64,000 bases of DNA from Octopus sinensis (lineage: Eukaryota), in contig NC_043014.1 of NCBI RefSeq assembly GCF_006345805.1, forward strand, positions 24,614,001-24,678,000, given 5' to 3'. Shown here one piece after another: positions 10,491 through 24,425 of the stretch. Below the pieces are notes generated by a model. That model made no database searches, had not been told where the DNA came from, and saw only the letters and a program-made list of their open reading frames with translations. Both the position numbers and the translations under genes were made by a program. Position 1 is the first letter of the stretch; each line of letters begins with the position of its first letter.

Positions 10491-13400
10491 GCCGAATGTC
10501 GACCCAACAGAGGGACCAGCAATCCGAGTTAACAGTTCCTTAGTAGATAAGGCAATTAGAAGCATGAAAACAGGGAAAGCCCCAGGCCCATCAGGAATTA
10601 CTGCAGAGATGCTCAAAATATCTGGTGGTGTCGGCTATAGCTTAGTCACCCGTATAGTTAACCAGGTGATACACGAGGGGGTCATACCCAATGACTGGTG
10701 TAGCAGCATAATAGTCAACTGCTACAAAGGTAAAGGCGACGCCCTAGAGACAAATAACTACAGGGGCATCAAGCTGCTGGATCAGGTAATGAAGGTTACG
10801 GAGAGGGTTATAGCCCAACTAATTAGAGAGAGAGTTAGCTTAGATGATATGCAGTTTGGGTTCGTGCCAGGGAAAAGTACTACTGATGCTATATTCCTGG
10901 TAAGACAGCTGCAGGAGAAATACCTAGCCAAAGATAAGCCCTTGTACCTGGCTTTTGTTGACTTGGAGAAAGCCTTTGACAGGTCCCCCGATCCCTTATC
11001 TGGTGGTCAATGAGGAAACTAGGGATAGATGAATGGTTGGTGAAAGCTGTGCAAGCCATGTACAGAGACGCTGCTAGTAAGGTGAGGGTTGGCAACGAGT
11101 ACAGTGAAGAATTCCGGGTAGAGGTTGGGGTCCACCAAGGTTCAGTCCTCAGTCCCCTCCTATTTATCATAGTCCTCCAGGCAATAACGGAGGAATTCAA
11201 GACAGGTTGCCCCTGGGAGCTCCTCTATGCTGATGACCTTGCTCTAATTGCTGAGTCACTATCAGAACTGGAGGAGAAGTTTCAGGTGTGGAAACAAGGA
11301 TTAGAATCGAAGGGCCTTAGAATCACCTAGCCAAAACCAAAGTCCTAATAAGTAGGAAGGTAGATCAATCACAAACGCCTTCAGCTAGATGGCCCTGCTC
11401 AATCTGTAAAAAAGGTGTAGGTAGAAACTCTATAAGATGCACCAAGTGTAAGCTATGGACACATAAGAGGTGCAGCAATGTCAAGGAAGGCTAACTAGGA
11501 AAATAGTTTTTGTCTGTGGCAAATGCTCAGGAGCAATAAACACTGGAAATGTGCAGAGACCAACTTCTGCCACGTTCCAGGGAGACAAACTAGAAGTAGT
11601 TGATAGCTTCCGCTACCTAGGAGACCAAGTCAGTAGCGGGGGTGGGTGTGCTGAAAGTGTAACTGCTAGAGTAAGAATAGCCTGGGCAAAGTTTAGAGAG
11701 CTCTTACCCCTGCTGGTGACAAAAGGCCTCTCGCTCAGAGTAAAAGGCAGACTGTATGATGCATGTGTACGTACAGCCATGCTACATGGTAGTGAAACAT
11801 GGGCCGTGACTGCTGAGGATATGCGTAAGCTCGCAAGAAATGAAGCCAGTATGCTCCGATGGATGTGTAATGTCAGTGTTCATAATCGTCAGAGTGTAAG
11901 TTCCTTGAGAGAAAAGTTGAACCTAAGAAGCGTCAGTTGTGGTGTGCAAGAGAGACGATTGCGCTGGTATGGTCATGTGACGAGAAAGGCTGAAGATAGT
12001 TGTGTGCAAAAGTGCTACACCCTAGCAGTTGAGGGAACCTGTGGAAGAGGTAGACCCAGGAAAACCTGGGACGAGGTGGTGAAGCACGACCTTCGAACTT
12101 TAGGTCTCACTAAGGAAATGTCTAGAGACCGAGACCTATGGAAGTATGCTGTGCGTGAGAAGACCCGGCAAGACTAGTCAGGCCATAACCCGTGGCCCCT
12201 ACCTGGGACGTAGTCAGTCCACCTGTGCATACCTTCCTTCTTGTGACACTTATGAAGACCTGTTGAGGCAAGTGAAAATCAAATCAAAACAAATCAAAAT
12301 AGATGAACATCAATGGAATTGTATCTTTGTGGTACCAGTGCCGGTGGCACACAAGAAAACCACCCGAACGTGGCCGTAGCCAGTACCGCATCGACTGGCC
12401 TCCGTGCTGTGGGCACAACAAACACCATCCGATCGTGGCCGTTCGCCAGCCTCATCTGGCACCTGTGTCGGTGGCACATAAAAACACCATCCGAAGACCC
12501 GGCGACGTAGTCAGTCCACCTGTGCATACCTTCCCTCTTATGACACTTGTGAAGACCTGTTGAGGCAAGTGTGTGACACTTGTGAAGACCTGTTGAGGCA
12601 GAGGCAAGTGTGTGACACTTGTGAAGACCTGTTGAGGCAGAGGCAAGTGTGTGACACTTGTGGAGACCTGTTGAGGCAAGTGTGTGACACTTGTGAAGAC
12701 CTGTTGAGGCAAGTGAAAATCAAACCAAATCAAAATAGATGAACATCAATGGAATTTGTATCTTTGTGGTACCAGTACCGGTGGCACACAAGAAAACCAT
12801 CTGAACGTGGCCGTAGCCAGTTCCGCATCGACTGGCCTCCGTGCTGTGGGCACAACAAACACCATCCGATCGTGGCCGTTCGCCAGCCTCATCTGGCACC
12901 TGTGTCGGTGGCACATAAAAACACCATCCGAAGACCCGGCGACATAGTCAGTCCACCTGTGCATACCTTCCTTCTTATGACACTTGTGAAGACCTGTTGA
13001 GGCAAGTGTGTGACACTTGTTGAGGCAAGTGTGTGACACTTGTTGAGGCAAGTGTGTGACACTTGTGAAGACCTGTTGAGGCAGAGGCAAGTGTGTGACA
13101 CTTGTGAAGACCTGTTGAGGCAAGTGAAAATCAAATCAAACCAAATCAAAATAGATGAACATCAATGGAATTTGTATCTTTGTGGTACCAGTACCGGTGG
13201 CACACAAGAAAACCATCCGAAAGTGGCCGTAGCCAATACCGCATCGACTGGCCTCTGTGATGTGGGCACATAACAAACACCATCCGATCGTGGTGGCCCC
13301 TACCTGGGAGTCCACCTGTGCATACCTTCCTTCTTGTGACACTTATGAAGACCTGTTGAGGCAAGTGAAAATCAACAAATCAACAAATCAACAAATCAAA

Positions 13401-13753
13401 AAAATCAAAACAAATCAAAATAGATGAACATCAATGGAATCTGTATCTCTGTGGTACCAGTGCCGGTGGCACACAAGAAAACCATCTGAACGTGGCTGTA
13501 GCCAGTACCGCATCGACTGGCCTCCGTGCTGTGGGCACATAACAAACGCCATCCGATCGTGGCCGTTCGCCAGCCTCATCTGGCACCTGTCCGAAGACCC
13601 GGCAAGACTAGTCAGGCCATAGCCCGTGGCCCCTTCCTGGGACGTAGTCAGTCCACCTGTGCATACCTTCCTTCTTATGACACTTGTGAAGACCTGTTGA
13701 GGCAAGTGCTAATCAAATCAAATGACACTTGTGAAGACCTGTTGAGGCAAGTG

Positions 13754-13788
<35 letters not shown>

Positions 13789-14673
13789 CATAATCAAATC
13801 CAATCAAAACAAATCAAAATAGATGAACATCAATGGAATTTGTATCTTTGTGGTACCAATGCCGGTGGCACACAAGAAAACCATCCGAACGTGGCGGTAG
13901 CCAGTACCACATCGACTGGCCTCCGTGCTGTGGGCACGTAACAAACACCATCCGATCGTGGCCGTTCGCCAGCCTCATCTGGCACCTGTGTTGGTGGCAC
14001 ATAAAAACACCATCCAAAGACCCGGCAAGACTAGTCAGGCCATAACCCGTGGCCCCTACCTGGGACGTAGTCAGTCTACCTGTGCATACCTTCCTTCTTG
14101 TGACACTTGTGAAGACCTGTTGAGGCAAGTATGTGACACTTGTGAAGACCTGTTGAGGCAAGTGAAAATCAAACCAAATCAAAATAGATGAACATCAATG
14201 GAATTTGTATCCTTGTGGTACCAGTGCCGGTGGCACACAAGAAAACCATCCGAACGTGGCCGTAGCCAGTACCGCATCGACTGGCCTCCGTGCTGTGGGC
14301 ACGTAACAAACACCATCCGATCGTGGCCGTTCGCCAGCCTCATCTGGCACTTGTGTCGGTGGCACATAAAAACACCATCCGAGCGTGGCCGTCTGCCAGC
14401 CTCGTCTGGCACCTGTGTCGGTGGCACATAAAAAAAAAACACCATCCGAGCGTGGCCGTTCGCCAGCCTCGTCTGGCACCTGTGTCGGTGGCACATAAAA
14501 TCACCCACTACACTCTCGGAGTGGTTGGCGTTAGGAAGGGCATCCAGCTGTAGAAACACTGCCAGATCTGACTGGCCTGGTGCAGCCTTCGGGCTCCCCA
14601 GACTCCAGTTGAACCGTCCAACCCATGCTAGCATGGAAAGCGGACGTTAAATGAGGATGATGATGATGATGAT
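10491..14673 (+). mobile_element. 5'-truncated RTE-clade LINE (RT with PHD-like insert, expanded 3'UTR)
   Basis: RT motifs YRGIKLL, QFGFVPGKST, HQGSVLSPLLF, YADD and FRYLG; C-terminal GSETW..RRLRWYGH; about 3 frameshifts; (GAT)n tail. Confidence 0.93.
12165..14500 (+). repeat. Higher-order tandem array built from the RTE 3'UTR
   Basis: About six 300-430 bp units, each containing AAATCAAAATAGATGAACATCAATGGAAT. Nested 25-32 bp subrepeats GTGTGACACTTGTGAAGACCTGTTGAGGCA. Confidence 0.9.
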
Positions 14674-14720
14674 GTAAGTCTATGTGTGTGTCTTTGTGTT
14701 TCTCCCTCATTACTGCTTCA

Positions 14721-15130
14721 CATCATCATCATCATTGTTTGACCGTGGTCGAGACAATGGAATTTACTTTGTTACAGCAGACTTCATGGTCCATCATAGC
14801 ATTATGGAGGTCCTGTTGCTGGATGCCTGTATCCCTGGAGATTACATCAGGGTAGGAGAGTGTGCGCCCTCTGGTATCGCGAGCAGATGGCTTCCAGAGG
14901 AGAAGAGTAGAAATAACTTCGTTTTCAGCTCTACAACAATGTCCAGCTAACTGGACTCTTCTAACTTTCACAAGAGATGATACAGGTGGTAGTTTCCCAT
15001 ATATTTGTATTTTGGTTGGATGACGCTTCCACGACAGATTTTGAGCCCTCATAAGGAGGCGAGTGTAAGTTCCATCCAACCTCCTGTCAAGCTTCTTTGA
15101 TAACGTCCAGGTTTCTGAGCCATAAACAAC
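14721..15130 (-). mobile_element. 3' fragment of a second RTE family
   Basis: ORF VYGSETWTLSKKLDRRLDGTYTRLLMR..RRVQLAGHC, with a (GAT)n tail on the minus strand. Confidence 0.85.
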
Positions 15131-15278
15131 TGGTGTTCGTTTATTTACATCCCCATAACTTACTGGTTTCACAAGAAGAAACTGCTAGAATAAATACCAG
15201 GCTTCTCAAAATGAAAAAAAAATGGGCAGTGTCTCATATTTTTGTTTGCCCACTCAGTTGTATCTATCAATTTATCTT

Positions 15279-15309
<31 letters not shown>

Positions 15310-15825
15310 ACATATATATATGACACCCTAATGGGGGCCTTAACTCCCAAATTTTAGTCATTTCTTTTATGATCCAAAACTAGGTCAAAAGTACTGACTG
15401 GATCTTTGTGAAGTTTGGAAATGATATTCTATGCATAAGGGCCATAACAGCGATGACAATTCATATATTTTTGCTGTTGATGAAATTTTAATCACAGATA
15501 TTAGACACAAGTGAAGTAATATTTATAAAATTTCATCTTCTTATAAGCTAGAAAGACCCCTCCATGGGGACTTAACACCCACAATTTTGTCATTTTATCT
15601 AAGCAAAGACGAATACAGTTGTACTCTTGGAAGCTGTAGGGTCACCCGAGCATAGAGGATAAGCATTATTTGTAATTCAATGGTACAACAGTGTAAGAGT
15701 TTGCTTTCACATACACTTACAATGTGATTTCTGCAATGTGCTGCATAAATTGTCAAGTAAATGAGAGGCATCTTTGCCTCCACTGATTCAGTTGCAAAGT
15801 GTTGAGTAAAGTTATTTGATTGCAG

Positions 15826-15903
15826 ATCTCCTTTCAGTCTTTTTATTATCACTGGGTCACACATAATCCCCAGATGGTAACATTGATTTCAAGGCCTTCC
15901 CAG
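15826..15903 (+). CDS. Candidate 78-nt host exon (ISFQSFYYHWVTHNPQMVTLISRPSQ), unidentified
   Basis: Acceptor TTATTTGATTGCAG, donor CAG|GTGAGT, only phase 0 is open, and the sequence is non-repetitive. No protein was recognised. Confidence 0.3.
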
Positions 15904-16269
15904 GTGAGTGACTTGTTATTCAAAGACATTTATAGATTTTAAATTTATTCTGTCCAGTTACGTATCAGTATAGTGGTCATTTGCAAACTCCAACTTTCAT
16001 TTCTCCTTAGCCCTCATGTCACACAGTTGTTAATGTTTATTTCAGTTAGGTCACACCCTTCCAATTGTTGAGGAATCCTACATTGGGAGTGGTAGCGACT
16101 AGGGTAGGGTAGCTGACTGCTTATTGTGATCATTCGTCTTTTGGTTTCCTGTAGCTTTGCTCTCTTTTACAAACCCAGTGAACATATATTTCCTATTTCA
16201 AAGAAATTCAAACAATAGATATAAGACCCAAGTTAAAAAGATTCTCAACAATTCAACATCTGTGCTTGA

Positions 16270-16588
16270 CATTAAGATGCCCACCCCCAATAGGGGCCTT
16301 CACTCTCACATTTTAGAGCTCCATGACCTTCATTTTTCAGGAGCAAAATCCTTTTAATAGGTTCAATAAAACTGGAATTTTGGAATATGCACATAAAAAT
16401 CAGTAGTATGGGATACATGTGGCATGATTACAATTTTTTTAGGGTGTGTAAAGAGGGAAATAACCCTCATCTACAATTATCATGAAATTCGAAACATAGG
16501 TTCATTACAGTTCATTACAGAAAATATAACGGAAAAGTCTAATTCTTCAATTGAATGTAACATGGGTAACGCTGGGTAACTCTGCTAG
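16270..16588 (+). mobile_element. Non-autonomous Helitron-like element, 3' portion
   Basis: Ends GGGTAACGCTGGGTAACTCTG-CTAG|T into (TA)n, the same terminal style as 59081-59353. Confidence 0.4.
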
Positions 16589-16847
16589 TATATATATATA
16601 TATATATATATATATAATGATGATTTTATCATTGATAAATAATAATAATAAGTGGGTAGTTATCAAAAACCAAATCGCACATATTTAAATAAGGGTACTA
16701 CATAGCACCAGTATTGCTAGAAATAGGAGTCGAAAATCAACTCAATTATCCACAAGCACTGAAAGTTAACGAGCTGGCGAAATCAGGGAAGTCAGTAGAA
16801 ATAGCCAACATACCAAGGTGATGCACAATCGCAAATGAGAATGCAGA

Positions 16848-16911
16848 TATACCCATATCACTTGATTTCAATCTCTGAAATATTCCTTTTAGATCTCCTC
16901 AGTGAGTCTAT
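16848..16911 (-). ncRNA. Type I hammerhead ribozyme, intact core
   Basis: ACUCA-CUGAGGA-GAUCU(16 nt)AGAUU-GAAA-UCAAGUGA-UA-UGGGU. AUA cleavage triplet; the 10.1/11.1 pair is G-U. Confidence 0.7.
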
Positions 16912-17096
16912 ATATATAAATATATATGTCTCCATTTTCAATTTTCCTATTTTCTCCTAAATTTGTCTCGCTTCTCCCTGGAATCAAATCCCACACAAAT
17001 GTAACCATTGATTCTTCGTAAGCAACATTTAGTGACCTTGTAATTCTTCCCGTGGATCTTTCCTATAAATTGTACTCATACATATACACCAGGCTT

Positions 17097-17170
<74 letters not shown>

Positions 17171-17353
17171 GTATATATATGTATATATATATATGTATAT
17201 ATATATATATGTATATATATATATGTATATATATATATGTATATATGTATATATATATATATGTATATATGTATATATATATGTAATATGTATATATATA
17301 ATATTATATATGTAATATATATATATATATATGTATATATATTATTATATATG

Positions 17354-17386
<33 letters not shown>

Positions 17387-17908
17387 GATATTATATAATA
17401 TATGTTATATATATATATATAATATATATATGGTATATATATATATATGTATATATATGTATATATATATGTTATATATATATATATTGTATATTATATA
17501 TATGTATATATATATATATGTATGTATATATGTATATATATATATGTATATTATATATATATATGTTATATATATATGTATGTATATATATATATATATA
17601 TGTATATTATATATGTATATATAATATATATATATGTATATATATATATGTATATATATATATACATACATATATATATACATTACATATATATACATAC
17701 ATATATATATACATACATATATATACATCACATATATATATATACATACATATATATACATAAATATATATATATACATACATATATATATATATACATA
17801 CATATAATACATACATATATATATATACATACATTAGATATATACATATATATATATATAATATACATACATATATATACATACTATATATATATATACA
17901 TACATATA

Positions 17909-17949
<41 letters not shown>

Positions 17950-17955
17950 ACATAC

Positions 17956-17986
<31 letters not shown>

Positions 17987-18059
17987 CATATATATATAAT
18001 ACATACAATATATATATATATACATACTAAATATATACATATATATCTATATATAATAC

Positions 18060-18095
<36 letters not shown>

Positions 18096-18100
18096 TATAC

Positions 18101-18151
<51 letters not shown>

Positions 18152-18233
18152 CATATATATAATAATATATATATATATATATTACATATATATAATATAT
18201 TATATATATACATGCATATATATATATATATAC

Positions 18234-18278
<45 letters not shown>

Positions 18279-18325
18279 CATACATATATATCATACATAT
18301 ATATATACTATATATATATATATAC

Positions 18326-18370
<45 letters not shown>

Positions 18371-18371
18371 C

Positions 18372-18455
<84 letters not shown>
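17097..18455. repeat. 1.35-kb degenerate (TA)n microsatellite
   Basis: Directly visible. Confidence 0.95.
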
Positions 18456-18458
<3 letters not shown>

Positions 18459-18486
18459 CGAGAAAGAAGCAACAAGAATGGATAGG

Positions 18487-18576
18487 TTTTAGTACAATCG
18501 TTTCATACAAGGACAGGCTTTATTAAAAGTTGTAAAAATTACAGCATATAACGTGTCCCGTACTCATCAGCTAAAA
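18487..18576 (-). ncRNA. Type I hammerhead ribozyme, intact core, long stem II
   Basis: UUUUAG-CUGAUGA-GUACGGGACA...UGUCCUUGUAU-GAAA-CGAUUG-UA-CUAAAA. Stem I is a perfect 6 bp. Confidence 0.8.
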
Positions 18577-19454
18577 TACATGTGAGTTCTCTAGACATCC
18601 TAGTGGTTGAGGCTATACTCATGAAGTAATGTAGATAATTAAGTAACATAAACAGATTTCCAAAGTTCATTAAGTTCTTTAAAGATGATGTACAGTCTTA
18701 TCACAGAATTTTAAAAAAGTTCTAATAGCATCACAGAGAAGGTGACCTAATCCATAGAGCACATATGAATTTCCAGAGATATGATGAGGGATTACATACT
18801 CACAGAAGACAAATTTATCCATTGTTAATCACAACGAGGTGGGTCTCAATTCCTGCTTATTAGCATTACAGAGAGGGTGAATTAATCCTTTGTATAGATG
18901 CACAATTTCCAATGGTGTAGATGTAAGTTTCCAGAGAAATGAAGAGGAATTTCATATTCACAGGCGATAAATTTATCAATGGTTGAACACAATGAGGTAG
19001 GTATCAGTTCTTGTTATATGATTAGGTATTTGCCACATTAATCACATTACTGCTATTTACAAGAGGCTGTAGCTATTTAACTTTTAAAGGCTGAAGGGCT
19101 TTCTAGAGAGGCAAAGAATAGAAAGGGAAGGGAATAGAAGAAAAGAGAGAAAATAAGGGAGGAGGGAGCAAAAAAAGGGGGGGAAGGGGACTAAAAGAGA
19201 AGAGAAAAGGAAAAAGAGAATAAGAAGAAGAAACAGAAAAAAGAGAAAAGAGAAAGAAATAGGGAAAGAAGGGAAAAAAGAAAAAGAAAAAAGAGGGTTC
19301 TAGTTATACAGACGAATTAGTAGACGGCAAGTCTGGTTTTACTTTACAGGCATCTAGGAACTAGAGGAGAATATTATTCTTTGGCCAGTAAAACAGCTAA
19401 TTTATTGCTGTTGAAATCAGCTATGAATTTAAAGAGAATCTAAAGAGATAACAC

Positions 19455-20959
<1,505 letters not shown>

Positions 20960-20961
<2 letters not shown>

Positions 20962-21446
20962 TACAAAGTGAGATAGGAGATGTGAGTGTAACTCTCTATG
21001 GGATAACATATATCCAATATACTGCCAGTAAAGCACCCAGTAAAGTTAATACATAAATGCTAAGAATTGCAATGCAATTAATTCATTTATTGTATTATAT
21101 GGGCGAAGGTAAAATGTTTTACCTCAAATTCATAATACAAAATAAGAAAATGGAGGAATACACTTTAATCAGTCATCAACTACCAGATAATACCCATTCA
21201 CATAATTTATTAACCAACTACATAGGAACATCAAGATCAAACACAATAATACAGAACAAAACAGTACACATCAATGAGTAATATGATACCATAAGTACAA
21301 TACGTATAAATAAATATAAATATAAACTAGATCTTACAGCTGTTTCAGCCATGTAGATAGGAGTATCTCATTATGCTCATATTAGCCAGGTGTGTTAAGG
21401 TAATATGTGGTTATAAATGAGATACTTACATATATATCCCAGAGAT
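20960..21446 (-). mobile_element. Putative PLE pseudo-LTR (family B) with degenerate hammerhead at 21331-21446
   Basis: Homologous to 38850-39336. Minus strand has GAAA-CAGCUG-UA, stem I AUCU/AGAU and an 11-bp stem-II segment AGUAUCUCAUU/AAUGAGAUACU, but the core is decayed (CUGGGA). Confidence 0.55.
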
Positions 21447-21702
21447 TATAAAGTACAATTCAAATATGAATATAAGAGAAGGTACACATATACAAGAATA
21501 AGTACATATACATAATATACACATACATATAAGTGCATATACACATGCACCTACATATATATAAGTATATACATAATAATATACATACATATAAGGTTAC
21601 AGTTAGTCAAATCAATATATTAGAATATACATACATAGACACATCCACATGAAAGTGTACATATACAAAGTCCAGAGTTCATTGTATTAAGTTACAAAAG
21701 GC

Positions 21703-21740
<38 letters not shown>

Positions 21741-21811
21741 TATTATTATTATTATTATTAATAATAATAATAATACCAGTAAAAGAATATATGCATTCTG
21801 CACATATATAT

Positions 21812-22766
21812 AGCTCGCAAGGAATGAAGCCAGTAAGATCCGATGGATGTGTAATGTCAGTGTGCATACTCAACAGAGTGTAAGTATCTTGAGAGAAAAG
21901 TTGGATCTAAGAAGCATTAGATGTGGTGTGCAAGAGAGACGACTGCGCTTGTATGGTGATGTGGCGAGAATGGATGAGGATAGCTGTGTGAAAATGTGCC
22001 ACATCCTAGTGGTTGAGGGAACCTGTGGAAGAGGTAGACCCAGGAAGACTTTGGATGAAGTTGGTGAAGCACGAGAAATGACTAGTGACCAAGACGTTTG
22101 GAAATATGCTGTGCTCGAGAAGACCCGGCAAGCCAAATGAGACCATAACCCGTGGCCTATGCCAAGGGTGTAACCAGCCTGCTTATGTGTACCTTTTTCC
22201 TTCTTTGGTCACTAAACTCTGCTTGCAAAGACCTGTTGAGGCAAGTTTAATCAAAATCAATTCGATGACTGGCATCCATGCTAGCGAGGTGCAAAGAGCA
22301 CCATACGAGAGTGATCATTGACAGAGCAGCTATTCGAGTATGATCGTTACTAGCGTCGCCTTACTGTCACTTATGCCTGTGCTAGTAGGGTGCCAGGAGC
22401 ACCATCCGAGCGTGATCGTTGCCAGAGCAGCCAACTGGCGTCCGTACCCGTGGCACGTAAAAGGGCACCATTCGAGTGTGATCGTTACCAACGTTGTTTC
22501 ACTGGCACCTGTGCCGGTGGCACGTGTAAAAAGATTCGAGCGAGGTCATTGCCAATACCGCCTAACTGGCCCCCGTGCCGGTGGCACGTAAACAAAATCC
22601 ACTACACTCTCGGAGTGGTTGGCGTTAGGAAGGGCATCCAGCTGTAGAAACTCTGCCCGATCAAGACTGAAGCCTGGTGCAGCCATCTGGTTTGCCAGCC
22701 CTCAGTCAAAATCGTCCAACCCATGCTAGCATGGAAAGCGGACATTAGACGATGATGATGATGATG
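21812..22766 (+). mobile_element. 3' fragment of RTE LINE with modular 3'UTR
   Basis: Matches the C-terminus and 3'UTR of 7214-10160; (GAT)n tail. Confidence 0.9.
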
Positions 22767-24178
22767 CCTTAATCAAAGCAGGTTATACAGAAAAAATTTT
22801 CTACATTGATTCTGCTCAGTCTAATTGTAAATTCAATAATGTAGATAAGATTTCTAGTCGTAAAAGAATTATTGATAACAAACATAACTTACGCACCGAT
22901 ACAAAGCGAATGAAGGCAGATAACCCTTATTTAATCCCCTATTATCGATCTTAAAGTAAATATAACACCTTCAAAAGTAATTACGCTATGAATACTAGTA
23001 AAAATATTTGGTTAATAATTCCTTACGGGAGACAAATTAAATCTAATCTCCCACTGCTGTTTCGTCAAGCTATTGCTAGGAATTTTCCAAACAATTCTAG
23101 ATATTACTCTATAATTAATTCACATAAGGTTAGGATAGGTTTTTCAAACACAAAAAATCTCTTGCAAATTATATCTTCTCATTATAACAAACTGTTAAAT
23201 ATTAATACATTTACTAATACTAACATTAATTTAGCTAATACCATCCAACCCTCTAGAAATATTAATAACAAGGTTATTGTATCTGAAGTCAATTCCAATA
23301 GAATTAAATTTATGTCAAGTAACTCTAAGATTAAAAATTCTGTATACCAGTGTATAATCAGTACTCGTAATAAAGTACGATTTTACATTGGAAGCACATC
23401 GTTAGAGTTATCTAAAAGAATTTCTATCCATTACTCAACATTTAGGGATAGAAATAAACGGAATAGTACTGGTCTCAGCAAACTGATTTGGGATTTAAAA
23501 GACCACAATGAACAATTTCATTTAGAATGGTCTATCCTCTCAATTTCGATACCATATGACAAAGGCAAGAAATTCTGTCTTCTCTGCAATTCTGAGCTAT
23601 TTTTCATTTTTTTTTTTCTAAAAATACTCTAGTAAACATGGTTATAGAGCGAGCGTACAGATGTAAGCATTGGCAAAAACATACATTTAGTGCATATAAG
23701 TAGTCTCTATCATGATATAATTTAAACTTTAATTTCTTTATATTTAACATTCACTATTAATATCCCTACTCTTTCTGTTAGCTACTTATGACGTTATATC
23801 ATATAAGGTTTTTTTAAACAATATTAATAGCGTTCTGTCTATCGCTATACAAATCCATCACTTTTTGCTAAAATGTCGTATTGACGAGTTTCGTTTTTTT
23901 CACTTTCCCGAAGAGAAGATTGCATTGGTTATACCATTTATTCTTTTGAATAGTATCAGTGGAATTTTCGAAACATGTGTCGAAAGTAAAAATAATTGTT
24001 TACACCTGCGTTAACTCCATTTTTTATTCATATTATTCAAAATATTCAACGTAAACACGAAGTTTCTACCTTTATAAACAAGGAGTTACAACTTTACTTG
24101 TGAGATTTTTGCTGCCCTGGTAACTATTTATTTATTTTTCCGTGTTAATTGTTAACAAGGTAAAAATACACTCATCTA
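22767..24178 (+). mobile_element. Penelope-like element 3' part: GIY-YIG endonuclease + pseudo-LTR
   Basis: ORF 22988-23632 contains VYQCIIST..FYIGST..KRISIHYSTF..TGLSKLIWDLK..CLLCNSE; CKHWQKHTF lies in a shifted frame. Confidence 0.88.
23902..23987 (+). ncRNA. Family A hammerhead motif with U4C change
   Basis: ACUUUC-CCGAAGA-GAAGAU...AUUUUC-GAAA-CAUGUG-UC-GAAAGU. Confidence 0.75.
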
Positions 24179-24180
24179 TT

Positions 24181-24229
<49 letters not shown>

Positions 24230-24231
<2 letters not shown>

Positions 24232-24425
24232 AAGCGCAATGGCCTAGTGGTTAGGGCAGCGGACTCGCGGTTTCGATTCCCAGACCGGGCGTTGTGAGTG
24301 TTTATTGAGCGAAAACACCTAAAGAGCCCCACGAGGCTCCGGCAGGGGGTGGTGGCGATCCTTGCTGTACTCTTTCGGCACAACTTTCTCTCACTCTTTC
24401 TTCTGTTGGCCTGCTCGCTTAGCCT
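24230..24425 (+). mobile_element. tRNA-derived SINE (second family), truncated
   Basis: Pol III A box TGGCCTAGTGG and B box GGTTTCGATTCC, followed by a non-tRNA body. Confidence 0.75.

Larger units (their letters stand above)
10315..15205 (+). mobile_element. SINE split into three pieces (10315-10490, 14674-14720, 15130-15205) by two RTE insertions
   Basis: The three pieces are collinear with the intact SINE at 5950-6332: the head, then TGTGTCTTTGTGTTTCTCCC, then CTGGTGTT..TTTACATCCCC..AGAATAAATACCAGGCTT. Confidence 0.7.

Noticed and set aside
10315-10500. SINE-LINE chimeric element
   Set aside because: The rest of the SINE resumes after the RTE tail (14674, 15130), so this is a nested insertion.
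12530-13130. CRISPR-like look of 25-32 bp repeats
   Set aside because: The repeats are directly adjacent with no unique spacers, lie in a LINE 3'UTR, and there are no cas genes in this eukaryotic DNA.
24230-24300. tRNA gene
   Set aside because: It has A/B boxes but no complete cloverleaf (anticodon arm missing) and continues into a SINE body.
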